Source: an uncultured Holophaga sp. (GTDB taxonomy: Bacteria; Acidobacteriota; Holophagae; Holophagales; Holophagaceae). From it: a DNA stretch of 64,000 nt. Location of the stretch: assembly GCA_963664825.1 (NCBI GenBank), contig OY761614.1:2752001-2816000 (forward strand), given 5' to 3'. The position numbers and the translations under genes were made by a program. The notes under the pieces were generated by a model. That model was given only the letters and a program-made list of their open reading frames with translations. It was not told the origin of the DNA and did no database searches. Shown one piece after another: positions 48,094 to 59,074 of this stretch (position 1 is its first letter; every line of letters starts with the position of its first letter).

Positions 48094-49287
48094 ATGAGCA
48101 CTGATTCCATAAGCGATGCCCTCGAACTTCTGCTCAAGGGCACGATCACCTGTCACACCACGGCCATGCTTGAGGCTCGATTGAAGGCGGGCCGCCCGCT
48201 TCGCGTGAAGGCTGGCTTCGATCCCACGGCTCCCGATCTCCATCTGGGCCATGGGGTGCTGCTCCGGAAGATGGCCCAGTTCCAGAAATTGGGTCATACG
48301 GTGATCTTCCTGGTGGGGGACTTCACCGGCATGATTGGCGATCCCACGGGGAAGAAGGCCGCTCGCCCCCCCCTCACCCGGGAGGCGATCAACCTCAACG
48401 CGGAGACCTACAAGGCCCAGGTCTTCAAGATCCTGGACCCCGAGAAGACCGAGGTTCGCTTCAACAGTGAGTGGATGGATCCCCTGCATGGTCCCGACTG
48501 GATCCGATTGGCCTCCAAGTTCACCGTGGCCCAGATGCTGGAACGCAACGATTTCCAGAAGCGCATGGCGGCCAGCGAGCCCATCAGTTTCCATGAACTC
48601 CTCTATCCGCTGGTGCAGGCTTACGATTCCGTGGCCCTTCATACGGATGTGGAACTGGGCGGCAATGATCAGCTCTTCAATCTCATGCGGGGGCGAGATC
48701 TCCAGGAATCCTTGGGACAGCCGCCCCAGGTCGTGCTGACGGTGCCCCTGCTGCTGGGCCTGGATGGCGTGGAGAAAATGTCCAAGTCCATGGGCAACTA
48801 CATCGGGTTCTGCGAGAGCCCCGATGACCAGTTCGGCAAAGCCATGAGCATCTCGGACGCCCTGATGTGGGAGTGGTATCTGCTTCTCACCGACAAACTG
48901 CCCTCCGAGATCGAGGCCATGAAGATGGGCCACCCCATGGACGCCAAGAAGGGGTTGGCCCGAGAGATCGTGGCCCAGTTCCACGGCATCGCCGAAGGGC
49001 GGGGGGCCGAGGAACGCTGGGTGCGCCGCTTTTCCGAGCGGAAGGTGGAGGATGCTCCCGAGACCTCCGTGTCTGCCACCGGAGGCAAAGTCCCCCTCAG
49101 CCGCCTGCTGGTGGAGCGCGGCATGGCGGCGTCTCGCAAGGAGGCCGAGCGGCTCATGGCTCAAGGGGCCGTGAGCCTGGATGGCCAGAAGGTGTCCGAC
49201 CCGCAGCACAGGCTCGATCTCCGTTCCGGCGATCAGGTGTTGGTCCGGGCCGGGAAACTGAAACTCGAACGGTGGGTGGTGAAATGA
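48094..49287 (+). CDS. tyrS: Tyrosine--tRNA ligase
   Basis: [38 protein letters not shown]4 domain. Confidence 0.97.
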   Translation: MSTDSISDALELLLKGTITCHTTAMLEARLKAGRPLRVKAGFDPTAPDLHLGHGVLLRKMAQFQKLGHTVIFLVGDFTGMIGDPTGKKAARPPLTREAINLNAETYKAQVFKILDPEKTEVRFNSEWMDPLHGPDWIRLASKFTVAQMLERNDFQKRMAASEPISFHELLYPLVQAYDSVALHTDVELGGNDQLFNLMRGRDLQESLGQPPQVVLTVPLLLGLDGVEKMSKSMGNYIGFCESPDDQFGKAMSISDALMWEWYLLLTDKLPSEIEAMKMGHPMDAKKGLAREIVAQFHGIAEGRGAEERWVRRFSERKVEDAPETSVSATGGKVPLSRLLVERGMAASRKEAERLMAQGAVSLDGQKVSDPQHRLDLRSGDQVLVRAGKLKLERWVVK

Positions 49288-51023
49288 GCGCAAAGGCCCT
49301 CCAGGACCTCTTCCGGCGCCACCGAGAGAAGGCCACGGGCCTCTGGAAACTGGGGCAGGATCCCAGTCGCACGGTCTACTTTGATTCAGGGGATATCGTG
49401 TTCGCCCAGAGCACCCACCCCATGGACCGCCTGACGCATCTCCTGGTGGAGCGGGGCAAGCTCACACAGACCCAGCTCGATTACGCCTTGGCCAATCTGC
49501 GCCAGGGCATCAGCATCGGCAAGAACCTGATCGAGATGGGCTTCATCACCCAGCGGGACCTCCTGGAGGTGGCCCGGGCCCAGGTGGAACGGGTCGTCAG
49601 CGGATCCCTGGCCACGACGGACCTGGAGCCGGCTTTCGAGGCCAAAGAGTTGGATGCCACGGTCGTTCGCTTGCCCTTCGATACCCCCGAGCTCCTCCTC
49701 AATGGTCTCCTGGGCCTCAAGGATCGAGAGGGGCTCCTGGAACTGTTGGGGCCGCTGAACCAGGTGGTGGTCCTGCAGGGACGGCGGCTCCTGGAGATGA
49801 CCCTGCCCGCAGACCTCATCAAGCTGCCCCCCTTGTTGGACGGCACCCACACGCTGCTGGAACTGAGCCGCGAATCCCTGGCGGAGCCTCTGCGCCTGGG
49901 TATCTTCGCGCTCTTCCTGCGGGAGATGGGGTGGGCGCGGCTCCATGAGATGCCCGCCATGGATCGGAGCGCCCTGGCTCTAGCCCTGACTCCCGAGCCG
50001 GAGCCTCTCTCTGCCCCCCTCCCGGCTATCGAAACGGTTCCTTCCCTCTTCTCCTCCATTCAGGCGGCGGCCAAACCGACCACCAATCTGGAACATCTTT
50101 CCCAGGCCTTCGATGCCCTTCCGGAATCGCAGGCTCTTTCGGGCCCCGGAGCGGAAGAGGAGGGCTCGGGATTCTCCGTGGAAAGCGGGCAGGCCTTCCT
50201 GCCGACGCCCCAGGCCCTGTCTGAGCTCCAGAAACCGGCTTCCCAGGCTTTCGAACCCGAAGCACCTATCGCGCCTGTGGAACCCGCGGTGACCATTCTG
50301 CCTTCCACCCTCACAGGCCCCGGTCCCACGCCCACCGAACCCGTCCCCGATTTCGAAGAGGAATTGCCGAAGAGCCACGGGGGCCTCCTGGGAGTCGTTC
50401 TGGGACTGCTGATCTTGGGTGTGGCGGGCACCTTCATCTGGTCCAGGTTGCGACACCGTAGTCCCAGGCCGGCGGTGCCCGTGGCGCCGGTGAAGCGGCC
50501 CGAGCCTCCCAAGGTGGAAACGCTTCCTGGGGCGATGCCCCAGGAGGTCGTTCCCGAACCCCTCTCCGAGACCAAGCCTCCCGAGAAACCTGAACCTAAG
50601 CCGGAACCCAAACCTGAACCTAAGCCTAAGTCTGAACCCAAGCCCATGGCTTCCAAGGAAGCGGGGACTTCGGTGGGGGAGCGGGTGGCGGCCCTGCGGA
50701 AGGGGGATGCGGCGCTGGCCGTGCGTCAGGGGCAGAAACTCGCCAAGGGATTGCCGAAGGGCCACTGGACCCTCCGCCTGGAGATCGCATGCCAACCGGA
50801 AACCCTCCGCCGGGCTGTAGATCTCTTCGGGGATTCCAAACCCGATCTCTGGGTGCTGCCCATGAGCCTTCGCGATGGTCGGAGCTGTTTCCAGGTGTTC
50901 CATGGCCACTATGCCAGTCGAGCCCTGGCGGAGAAGGCCATCCGGAAACTGCCGGTGGCCTTCCGGGGCGGGGGAAGTCGGCCCAAACCGTTCAAGATTG
51001 GGGAGATAGCGCTCAAGCAATGA
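49284..51023 (+). CDS. DUF4388-like N-terminal domain, TM helix, PEPK linker and SPOR-like C-terminal domain
   Basis: TG...[15 protein letters not shown] segment; (PEPK)n at ~50590-50643; [18 protein letters not shown]. Confidence 0.65.
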   Translation: MSAKALQDLFRRHREKATGLWKLGQDPSRTVYFDSGDIVFAQSTHPMDRLTHLLVERGKLTQTQLDYALANLRQGISIGKNLIEMGFITQRDLLEVARAQVERVVSGSLATTDLEPAFEAKELDATVVRLPFDTPELLLNGLLGLKDREGLLELLGPLNQVVVLQGRRLLEMTLPADLIKLPPLLDGTHTLLELSRESLAEPLRLGIFALFLREMGWARLHEMPAMDRSALALALTPEPEPLSAPLPAIETVPSLFSSIQAAAKPTTNLEHLSQAFDALPESQALSGPGAEEEGSGFSVESGQAFLPTPQALSELQKPASQAFEPEAPIAPVEPAVTILPSTLTGPGPTPTEPVPDFEEELPKSHGGLLGVVLGLLILGVAGTFIWSRLRHRSPRPAVPVAPVKRPEPPKVETLPGAMPQEVVPEPLSETKPPEKPEPKPEPKPEPKPKSEPKPMASKEAGTSVGERVAALRKGDAALAVRQGQKLAKGLPKGHWTLRLEIACQPETLRRAVDLFGDSKPDLWVLPMSLRDGRSCFQVFHGHYASRALAEKAIRKLPVAFRGGGSRPKPFKIGEIALKQ

Positions 51024-51266
51024 GGTAGGTTCCCCTAGCAACCTGTCAAGGCGAATGGAAGTCGTTTGGGGTCAATGCCCTTCGTCTCAGGGGCATTGCG
51101 GGGACAATACTTTACATTTTGGAAGATTTGGTTATAATAATGGATACGGTCAAACAGACCCCGATCTTTCTGGAGCGTCATGGAATTCAACCCTCTATCC
51201 ACTCAAAACTGGAGCCGTGCCTTCAATGTCTGGATTGAAGACATCCAGATTCAATTCCAACCTGTG

Positions 51267-52031
51267 ATGGAATTGGAACGGGCGCTCATTCGGGGTGGCT
51301 TGCTGAGGAGGGTCCGCAGTGTCACGCGGGTTTCGGCCGCTCTTGTCGCACTCTTTTTTACAATCCATTGCACCAAGGCTCAGGTGCTACCCCGCATCTC
51401 AAGTCCTGAGCCCATTCCCATGGGGGGATTCACCCCTGGTGAGTATTCCGAACTGGGGGAGGCCAGCTGGTACGGGGGCGGTGAGGATGGATTCGAGGGC
51501 AAGTCCACGGCCAACGGGGATATCTTCGACTCGAATCGATTCACCTGCGCTCACCGCACGCTGCCGCTCGGGAGCTACGTCGAGGTGCAGAACCTCGATA
51601 GCGGGAAGAAGGCCACCTTCCGGGTCAACGACCGGGGTCCCTTCGCACGAAGCCGTGTGCTCGATGTTTCCAGGCAAGGGGCGAAAGAACTCGGATTCCT
51701 CGGGGAGGGTGTGGCCAGGGTCAAGCTCCGGGCGGTCAATCTCGATGGCAGTCCCGCGCTCCTCGATCCCTTTATCGATCAGGAGAACCCCTTCACCGTC
51801 GAGGTCGCGGCCCTGACCGAACCGAACAACCTTGAGCGTCTCAGCCGTGATCTGGAAGATACCTTCGGCCCCGTCACCCTCCAGGACGGGCATGCCCCCG
51901 GTGAGGGAGACGTGAAGCGGGTCCGGGTGGGATCCAATACGCGCATCGAGGATGCCCAGAAGGCCGCAGAGGAGATCGTCAAGCATTTCGGAGATCGTGG
52001 TGTCGAACCCTTCATTGCCAGGCGACGCTAG
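51267..52031 (+). CDS. rlpA: Septal ring lytic transglycosylase RlpA
   Basis: GEASWYG, TANG, TCAHRTLP, VNDRGPF, LDVS; SPOR-like tail; start uncertain. Confidence 0.88.
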   Translation: MELERALIRGGLLRRVRSVTRVSAALVALFFTIHCTKAQVLPRISSPEPIPMGGFTPGEYSELGEASWYGGGEDGFEGKSTANGDIFDSNRFTCAHRTLPLGSYVEVQNLDSGKKATFRVNDRGPFARSRVLDVSRQGAKELGFLGEGVARVKLRAVNLDGSPALLDPFIDQENPFTVEVAALTEPNNLERLSRDLEDTFGPVTLQDGHAPGEGDVKRVRVGSNTRIEDAQKAAEEIVKHFGDRGVEPFIARRR

Positions 52032-52695
52032 GCCCTATCTGTTGATACCGGCCGGGGGCCAAGGACTCCGAATGGGGGGCGGTATCCCCAAACAGTTCAG
52101 GGACTGGGGAGGCGTTCCGCTCCTGCGCGCGACCGTCCAGGCCTTTCTCGCGGAGGGCATGTCCCCTCTTGCCGGTATCGCCCTTTCGGTGCCTGAAACG
52201 CGTGTGGCTGAGGTGCGGAGCTGGGACTTCGGTTGCCCCCTCTGGGTGACCGAGGGGGGTGCCACTCGCCAAGCCTCGGTGGCGGCCGCACTGGCCCTAT
52301 TGCCCGCTCAACCCGACGGCCCGGTCATGATTCACGATGGGGTGAGGCCCTTTCCTCCCGCGGATTCCATCCGATTAGCCTTGGCGGCTCTGGCATCTGC
52401 CGATGGCGCCCTTCTGGCGGAGGCTTCCACGGACACTCTGAAACGGGTGGATGCCCAGGGCTGGGTGGTGGCCACGGAGCCTCGAGAATGTATCTTCCGC
52501 GCCCAGACCCCCCAGGTGGCCCTGCTCTCCACCTGGCGTCGCGCCTTTGCCTGGGCTTCCGCGCAGGGATTCGTTGGAACCGATGATGCTTCGATCCTCG
52601 AGGCCATGGGGTTGCGGGTGAGGGTCATCGCGGCCTCGGCCTCCAATCTCAAACTCACGACTCCGGAAGACTGGGACCGAAACGCTCCCCGGTGA
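51997..52695 (+). CDS. ispD: 2-C-methyl-D-erythritol 4-phosphate cytidylyltransferase
   Basis: PAGGQGLRMG..PKQF, GGATRQASV, IHDGVRP, AQTPQ, TDDAS, NLKLTTPED. Confidence 0.9.
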   Translation: MVSNPSLPGDARPYLLIPAGGQGLRMGGGIPKQFRDWGGVPLLRATVQAFLAEGMSPLAGIALSVPETRVAEVRSWDFGCPLWVTEGGATRQASVAAALALLPAQPDGPVMIHDGVRPFPPADSIRLALAALASADGALLAEASTDTLKRVDAQGWVVATEPRECIFRAQTPQVALLSTWRRAFAWASAQGFVGTDDASILEAMGLRVRVIAASASNLKLTTPEDWDRNAPR

Positions 52696-52808
52696 CCACA
52701 TGCGTGGTGGACTCGCCCACAGGATGAATTTAGATTACATGCGTAAGCGTTATAAAAAGAGGTTTTGCACATAGGCACGGCTTTTGCTTAAACAGCTTCG
52801 AGGCCCCT

Positions 52809-53729
52809 ATGCCCCGAAGCCGTCATCCCCAGACTCTGCGCCAACCGGTTACCGTGACCGGGCATGGGCTCCATTCCAACCGACCCTGTCGCGTGACCAT
52901 CCATCCGGTCGAGCAGGCCTCTGGCTTGCGCTTCCTGCACACGCCCACGGGCATTGAAATCCCTGCCAAGGTGGACCTGGTGGGAGACCTGAGCCTGGCC
53001 ACGACGCTGGTCAAGGATGGCCTGCGCTTCGGCACGGTCGAACATTTGCTCGCTGCCCTGGCCGGGTTGGAGATCGAGCATGCCCTGATCGAGGTGGATA
53101 GCGAGGAACTGCCCATCCTGGACGGCAGCGCCGCGCCCTGGGTCGAAGCCATCGTCGCCGCAGGCGCGAGGGATCTTCCGGGCTTCCGGCGTTTCATCAA
53201 GATTCTCCGCCCCGTCGAGTTGATGGGAGGGGATAAATGGATGCGCGTTTCCCCTTACCCGGGTTTGCGCCTCCGCTATGCCATCGATTTCGCGCATCCT
53301 TCCATTGGTCGGCAGAGCCGGGAACTGAGCCTGGATCCCGAGAAGTTTCGCCGGGAGCTGGCCTCGGCCAGGACTTTCTGCATGGAGAAGGACATCGAGT
53401 TCATGCGAGCCCATGGTCTAGCGCTGGGTGGGAGCCTGGCGAATGCCATTGTCTTTTCCGCCACAGGGCCCCTCAACGAGACCCTGCGCTATGAAGACGA
53501 GGCTGTGCGCCACAAGATGCTCGATCTCGTGGGTGACTTGGCTCTGCTGGGGGCACCTCTCCTGGGGCTCGTGGAGGCTCATGCCGCAGGGCATGCCCTG
53601 CATGTGGCCTTGGTGAAGGCTCTATTGGCCGACACCGAGGCCTGGACCTGGAGCGAGGGCGGTGAGATCACGGCCACCCGGCCGATCTTTGGTCAGCGGA
53701 TCCCCTCCGCGCACCCGATTCCCGCCTGA
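52809..53729 (+). CDS. lpxC: UDP-3-O-acyl-N-acetylglucosamine deacetylase
   Basis: GHGLHS, TVEHLLAAL, PILDGSA, ARTF, GGSL.NA, RHKMLDLVGD, GH. Confidence 0.97.
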   Translation: MPRSRHPQTLRQPVTVTGHGLHSNRPCRVTIHPVEQASGLRFLHTPTGIEIPAKVDLVGDLSLATTLVKDGLRFGTVEHLLAALAGLEIEHALIEVDSEELPILDGSAAPWVEAIVAAGARDLPGFRRFIKILRPVELMGGDKWMRVSPYPGLRLRYAIDFAHPSIGRQSRELSLDPEKFRRELASARTFCMEKDIEFMRAHGLALGGSLANAIVFSATGPLNETLRYEDEAVRHKMLDLVGDLALLGAPLLGLVEAHAAGHALHVALVKALLADTEAWTWSEGGEITATRPIFGQRIPSAHPIPA

Positions 53730-53888
53730 TACTAGGGTGCGATCAAGGATAGCGATCTGCGTTAGCAGATTGCGTAGAGCGGCAGCTCTGGAATCGGCCC
53801 ATAGGGCCCATTCCAGAGCAGAGCGGCTTTGATCGCCCGGACTTCATTCCTCTTCTTTTGAACGCAACTTAGTATGATTCATCGCAAT

Positions 53889-53928
53889 CCATAAGAAAGG
53901 CCCTTCCGTGGAAGGGCCTTTCTTATGG
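53889..53928. terminator. Bidirectional terminator
   Basis: Perfect 19-bp inverted repeat CCATAAGAAAGGCCCTTCC-GT-GGAAGGGCCTTTCTTATGG. Confidence 0.8.
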
Positions 53929-53946
53929 TGGGTGTCGTGATTCGGC

Positions 53947-54360
53947 TTAGAAGATGGGATCACCGGGCTTGCGGCGCCAGGCTTCGGCCTTTTGCTTACC
54001 CTTGCCATCGGCCTTGGCCTTGAGGTCCTTGACATCCTTGGCGCCCGCGAGGGTTTCCAGGAGTCCCACCCCTACCCGTGTGGCGACGGCCTTGGTCATG
54101 GCGGGTTTCACCGCGAGTTCTGGAAGGGGCGCTTCCGCTCGCGCCGGGTCCAGCTTCTCGGTCTGTTCTCGAAGGCGCTTTTGATACCAGGCCTTTCGTT
54201 TGGGGTCGATCCTCCGAACTCCCAAGAGGCTACCGGCCTTGCGCGTGAGCATTTTGGGCTTGCTCTCTTTGCGGTCCTCGCGGACTGCGGATTCAGGATT
54301 GGAGGCTTCCTCCAGGATCTTTGCCAGGTCCGCCAGGCTTCCGAGGCCGCGTTTACTCAT
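53947..54360 (-). CDS. Hypothetical basic protein
   Basis: AAGGAG RBS upstream, host-like codon usage, Lys/Arg-rich. Confidence 0.65.
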   Translation of the reverse strand: MSKRGLGSLADLAKILEEASNPESAVREDRKESKPKMLTRKAGSLLGVRRIDPKRKAWYQKRLREQTEKLDPARAEAPLPELAVKPAMTKAVATRVGVGLLETLAGAKDVKDLKAKADGKGKQKAEAWRRKPGDPIF

Positions 54361-54551
54361 GGGTGGTCACTTCTCCTTGTGGGGCATCTGCGCGCCCAAC
54401 CTTTAAGCCTACCGGCTGAAGCCTCTTCATCCAAGCCCAGAACCTACATCTGTCGACGGGAATTCGTGAATCGATAAAACAACCTGCATTTTCTCCGTTG
54501 AAGGCGATAGGCTTGCAATCAGTCCCAATCCCAATGCACAGATGGAATTCC

Positions 54552-57500
54552 ATGATCCCAAGTCTCCGTGAATTCGCCAAACAGCTGATCCTGTTGGTAA
54601 TCCTATCGCTGGCTTGGGCCGGTATCGCCTTGGCAAGCCCTCCCGGGAGAATTTCCTTCAAGGCCTATGGGGCAGAGCAGGGGCTCAGCAATTCCTCCCC
54701 ATGGGCGCTCGCCCAGGATGGTCAGGGATTCATCTGGGTGGGGACAGAAGGGGGGCTCTATCGTTTCGACGGCCAGCGATTCCAGGCCTTTGGACTAAAG
54801 GATGGCCTGCCCTCGGTCTTCGTGAAGGCCCTCCATGTGGATGAGGAAGGCTTACTGTGGGTGGGGACCTATAAAGGGTTGAGCTGCCTCCGGGAAGGCC
54901 GGTTCCAGGCCGCAGCGCTGCCCCAGGCTCAAGTGAACGCCATCAGCAGCGGACCGGATGGCCAGGTCTGGGTGGGGATGACTGAGGGACTGTTCCGGCG
55001 CCTCCCGGATGGGCGTTTCCAGGGCGTGCCGGGATGGCCCGGCGGCGCCGTGACCGCCCTCTGGAGTCGGCCCGGCAGCGAGGCCGTTTGGGTTGCCTCC
55101 TGGCTCGATTCCCGGGCCACCGTCCTGCGTTGGGATGCCAAGGGGTGGCGTCCCTGCGAAGGAGGGAAGGCTTTTACCCAGGAGAGGATCGACGCCCTGG
55201 CCGTGGATGGACGCGGCAGCGTCTGGGCTCGCTCCCTTGATCACCTATGGTGCCTGAACGCGGGCAAGGGAGTGTTCGAGCACTCCAAGCCTACACTCCC
55301 CTCCGCCCGTCAGAAGGGGAACCTCTATGTGGATCCCCGGGGCCGACTCTGGGTGACCACGGACCAGGGGCTCTTCCTGAATACAGGGGGGAAATGGACG
55401 CGCATGGGATTAGCCGAGGGGCTTCCCAGGACCACGCTCCTTTCGATCCTGGAGGACCGGGAAGGTTCGCTTTGGATTGCGGGCGAGGGGCTGTGTCGCC
55501 TGCTGGGAGGGGGTGTGCTGAGGTCCTATACGGAGACCGAGGGACTGCCCAATGACGCCGTGTGGTGCATCTTCCGGGACAAGGCAGGGGCTCTATTCCT
55601 GGGGACTGATGACGGTCTCGCCCAGGCTCAGGAGAGGGGATGGAAGGCGGTTCCAGGCACGCGCAATTTTCAGGTCCGCAGCATCGTGCAGGGGCCCGAT
55701 GGGGCCCTGTACCTGGGGGGTGGGCCCCAGATCCTGCGCCTGGACCCGAAGGGGAGCATCCGGCGCTTCGGAAGCGCGGAGGGCATCGCCACCTCGGGCC
55801 GGATCTTCCGCCTCCTCTTCGACAGACAGGGGAACCTCTGGGTGGCCACGGATGGGGGCGGACTGCTGAAGGGGCAGGGCCTCGGAAATCAATGGCGCTT
55901 CCGGCGGCAGGACATTCCCGGAGGGACGAGCACGGAGCGCTTCAGTGACCTCTTCCAGGACGTTTCTGGCCGCCTCTGGGCCACCGGTGAACGGGGGCTG
56001 GCCATGTGGGACGGGAATGCTTGGCGGCGCTTCACCGTTCAGGACGGTCTGCGGAGCGATCACATTTCCCATATACGTGCCAATGGGAAAGGAGAACTGC
56101 TCATCTCCTATTTCGATCCCTATGGGCTGTGCCGGGCTGCCTATACCCAGGGCGCGTTCAGGGTCCTGGGACACATGGATCAGATCTTCCCCCAGGGGCA
56201 GCAGGTCTATCTCTATGAGGAGGATCCCCGGGGCAATCTCTGGGTGGGCACCGGCCAGGGGCTGGATATGGTGAGTCCGGAGGGGCGGGTCGAACACTTT
56301 GGCCGTGGGGAAGGTCTGGTGGGTGAGGACACCAACGCCATGGCCATCCTGCCTGAGGCCAATGGTGATGTGTGGATCGGCACCAGCAGCGGCCTGGCTC
56401 GGTTCGATGCGGGCTCCTACAAGGGCGTACCCAAGCCTCCCGGAACCGTCTTCCTGGAATGTCGTCTGGGCACCCAGGAATATGCCAGTTCTCCTTCCTC
56501 GGACGTGGTCCGGATTCCCCATGGGGCCAGCACCTTTGTCGTGAAATTCGCGGGGCTGAGCTACATCCGAGAAGGCAAGGTCCAGTATCAGGTGCGCCTG
56601 GAAGGCCTCGAACACGACTGGCATTTTTCTGAAACGCGCGAAGAACGCTATCCAGCCTTGTCTCCCGGGAAATACCGCTTCGATGCTCGTTCTCGGGTCG
56701 GGCAGGGGGAATGGGGCCCCATCTCCTCCTTCGCGTTCCAGGTCCTGCCTGCCTGGTGGCAGACGTGGTGGTTCCGGGCCCTCATGTTGCTGGGTGGCGC
56801 GGGGGCCCTGGCGCTCGTCATCCGGTGGCGGGTGGATGCCCTTCATCGCCGCAACCATGCCCTTGAGGGTATGGTGGCCGCGCGCACCCATGAAGTGGAA
56901 GCCAAGGCCAAGGAACTCGAACAGGCGAACGAGGCCCTGAGGAACCAGAGCCTCACGGATCCCTTGACGGGACTGCGCAACCGCCGCTACCTCGGCGTCT
57001 GCATGCCCAAAGATGTGGCCCAGGTGCAGCGCGTCCACCGGGATGTGGTCGCCACCCGGACCAACAGGGTCCTGCTCAATATCGACCTCGTCTTCCTGAT
57101 GGTGGATATCGATCACTTCAAGTTTGTCAATGATCACTACGGTCATGCCGCCGGTGATCAGGTCCTCCAGCAGGTGGCCGAGATCCTCCGGCAGGTCACC
57201 CGGGATTCGGATACGGTGGTGCGCTGGGGGGGCGAGGAATTCCTGGTGGTGGCCCGCAATGCCGCGAGGCGGGAATCGGTCATCCTAGCGGAGCGCATCC
57301 GGAAGCAGATGGCGGAGCATGACTTCCTGCTGGAGGATGGGACGACCCTGCATCGGACCTGTTCGGTGGGATTCACGTTCTATCCCTTCGTGCCCGAGAA
57401 CCCGAATTTCCTGCCCTGGGAACAGGTGTTGGATATCGCCGATCACTGTCTCTTTGCGGCCAAGCGAGGAGGGCGGGACGCCTGGGTGGGGTTGTTCCCC

Positions 57501-57635
57501 CGGGATGGCTGTGACACGACCAGACTCCAGGCGGGTCTGCCCATGGATATTCCCGGCCTTCTGGGATGTGGGGAGGTTACCGTCGCGACTTCCCTGCCGG
57601 ATACCTGCGGGTTGGATTGGGATTTGAGGACCTGA
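54552..57635 (+). CDS. Diguanylate cyclase with periplasmic beta-propeller (Reg_prop) and Y_Y_Y sensor
   Basis: Repeated D..G.LW.GT blades, Y.Y.L.G...W/PG.Y.F, PAWWQTWW TM, TDPLTGL.NRR, DIDHFK, RWGGEEF with RDSD I-site. Confidence 0.93.
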   Translation: MIPSLREFAKQLILLVILSLAWAGIALASPPGRISFKAYGAEQGLSNSSPWALAQDGQGFIWVGTEGGLYRFDGQRFQAFGLKDGLPSVFVKALHVDEEGLLWVGTYKGLSCLREGRFQAAALPQAQVNAISSGPDGQVWVGMTEGLFRRLPDGRFQGVPGWPGGAVTALWSRPGSEAVWVASWLDSRATVLRWDAKGWRPCEGGKAFTQERIDALAVDGRGSVWARSLDHLWCLNAGKGVFEHSKPTLPSARQKGNLYVDPRGRLWVTTDQGLFLNTGGKWTRMGLAEGLPRTTLLSILEDREGSLWIAGEGLCRLLGGGVLRSYTETEGLPNDAVWCIFRDKAGALFLGTDDGLAQAQERGWKAVPGTRNFQVRSIVQGPDGALYLGGGPQILRLDPKGSIRRFGSAEGIATSGRIFRLLFDRQGNLWVATDGGGLLKGQGLGNQWRFRRQDIPGGTSTERFSDLFQDVSGRLWATGERGLAMWDGNAWRRFTVQDGLRSDHISHIRANGKGELLISYFDPYGLCRAAYTQGAFRVLGHMDQIFPQGQQVYLYEEDPRGNLWVGTGQGLDMVSPEGRVEHFGRGEGLVGEDTNAMAILPEANGDVWIGTSSGLARFDAGSYKGVPKPPGTVFLECRLGTQEYASSPSSDVVRIPHGASTFVVKFAGLSYIREGKVQYQVRLEGLEHDWHFSETREERYPALSPGKYRFDARSRVGQGEWGPISSFAFQVLPAWWQTWWFRALMLLGGAGALALVIRWRVDALHRRNHALEGMVAARTHEVEAKAKELEQANEALRNQSLTDPLTGLRNRRYLGVCMPKDVAQVQRVHRDVVATRTNRVLLNIDLVFLMVDIDHFKFVNDHYGHAAGDQVLQQVAEILRQVTRDSDTVVRWGGEEFLVVARNAARRESVILAERIRKQMAEHDFLLEDGTTLHRTCSVGFTFYPFVPENPNFLPWEQVLDIADHCLFAAKRGGRDAWVGLFPRDGCDTTRLQAGLPMDIPGLLGCGEVTVATSLPDTCGLDWDLRT

Positions 57636-57654
57636 GTATTCCTACCTGCGGGGT

Positions 57655-58938
57655 TTACCTCATGGCTTCCATGGGAGATAGCCGCATGGCGCGGAAGGCC
57701 GGGTAGAGGCCGAAGAGGATGGCGAGGCTCAGCGCGACGGCCCAGGCCGTGACTAGGCCATAGGTATTCACCACCAGCCCCCAGGGGAAGCTCGAGGAGA
57801 GCACACGGCAGAGGACGGAGCCCGCCACCGCCCCTGCGAGGGCGCCTAGGGCGGCCAAGACCACGGCTTCCAGGAGGAACTGGATGAAGATCTGGTGGTC
57901 GGTGGCGCCCATGGCCTTGCGCAGTCCGATCTCGTAGCGGCGGTCGGAAAAAGAGATGAGCATCACGCTGAGGACGCCCACACCCCCCACCAGGAGCACG
58001 GTGGCCGCAAGGCTCTGAAGGACCACCTTCCAGCCCCAGATCTGGTCCTCGAATTGCTGGTAGGCGCGCACCAGTTCGGCGGCGAGATCGGTGGTCTCCA
58101 CATCGTCGATGCCATGATGGGCCTGCCTGGCCCGGGAGAGCAGGGCCGAGGTCACTTCGTTGAGGTCCTCCTTGTGGGCCATCTTGACGTAGAGGCGGTC
58201 CAGGGCGTGTTTGGTGTCCATGCGGTCCATGTAGGCTTCGATGGGCATGAGGAGGCCGTTGGCGTCCAGCCAGGTATCGTCGCTCATGATCTGGAGAGGC
58301 GCCAGCACACCGATGACCTGGAAACTCTGGCCATCGGCGGTGACGGTGCGTCCCACGGGATCGGTGCCGCCGAAGAGCTTGGAAGCCAGGCTGCCCCCCA
58401 GCACCACCACGGCGCTGCGGCGGCGGGCGTCGTCCTCGGTGAGGGCGCGACCGCTAGCGATGGGGCGGTTCTGCCAGGGGAAGTACTCGGGCGTGACTCC
58501 GGTGGCGAAGGTGCGTTCCAGTCCCGTGCCGATGCGGATGCTGGCCTGCTTGGTGGCTCGGGGCAGGAAGGCCTTGACTGCGGGGTGGGGCGCGGTGAGG
58601 CGGGTGAGATCCTCGTAGCGCAGGCCTGGACTGAGGGCAAAGCGCTTCTGCTCTTCAGTGGTCTCAGGGGCCTTCTCGCTGAGCTGGATGGTGCCATCGA
58701 AAGACAGGCCCTGGAAGCCCAGGGAGACCTTGTCCACGATGCCATCCATCACGCTGGTCATCACCACCAGCGCGAAGACGCCTAGCGTCAGCAGGGTCAG
58801 CGTGAGCAGGGACCTCAGGCGGTGGGACCAGAGTTCGCTCAGCCCGCTGAGGACCACTTCCCACAGCAGCCCTGCCCAGGCGAAGTGCGATGGCTTCCGG
58901 AGGGCGGGAAGGGCCATGGAAACGGCAGACTCACTCAT
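57655..58938 (-). CDS. MacB/FtsX-like ABC transporter permease
   Basis: RSLLT, VGGVGV..VML, EIGLRKAMGA, QFLLEA, LYPA.RA..LSP.EA. Confidence 0.9.
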   Translation of the reverse strand: MSESAVSMALPALRKPSHFAWAGLLWEVVLSGLSELWSHRLRSLLTLTLLTLGVFALVVMTSVMDGIVDKVSLGFQGLSFDGTIQLSEKAPETTEEQKRFALSPGLRYEDLTRLTAPHPAVKAFLPRATKQASIRIGTGLERTFATGVTPEYFPWQNRPIASGRALTEDDARRRSAVVVLGGSLASKLFGGTDPVGRTVTADGQSFQVIGVLAPLQIMSDDTWLDANGLLMPIEAYMDRMDTKHALDRLYVKMAHKEDLNEVTSALLSRARQAHHGIDDVETTDLAAELVRAYQQFEDQIWGWKVVLQSLAATVLLVGGVGVLSVMLISFSDRRYEIGLRKAMGATDHQIFIQFLLEAVVLAALGALAGAVAGSVLCRVLSSSFPWGLVVNTYGLVTAWAVALSLAILFGLYPAFRAMRLSPMEAMR

Positions 58939-59074
58939 AGTGCAGCGCCTCCATGGTCGCGACCATGTGGGTCGCTCCGCACGCTCCGGTGGAGCGTGCG
59001 GAGCGGGGCCCCACAGGGAGCGAATCACGTTGAGGGGATTCCAGGCGTCTACTCATAGTGCAGGGCCTCCATGG
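58933..59074. repeat. 24-bp direct repeat flanking a strong hairpin (118-bp period)
   Basis: ACTCATAGTGCAG(C/G)GCCTCCATGG at 58933 and 59051; 15-bp stem CGCTCCGCACGCTCC-GGT-GGAGCGTGCGGAGCG between them. Confidence 0.85.

Noticed and set aside
50580..50645. 12-bp tandem repeats
   Set aside because: Encode an ordinary PEPK periplasmic linker with synonymous variation; not an array
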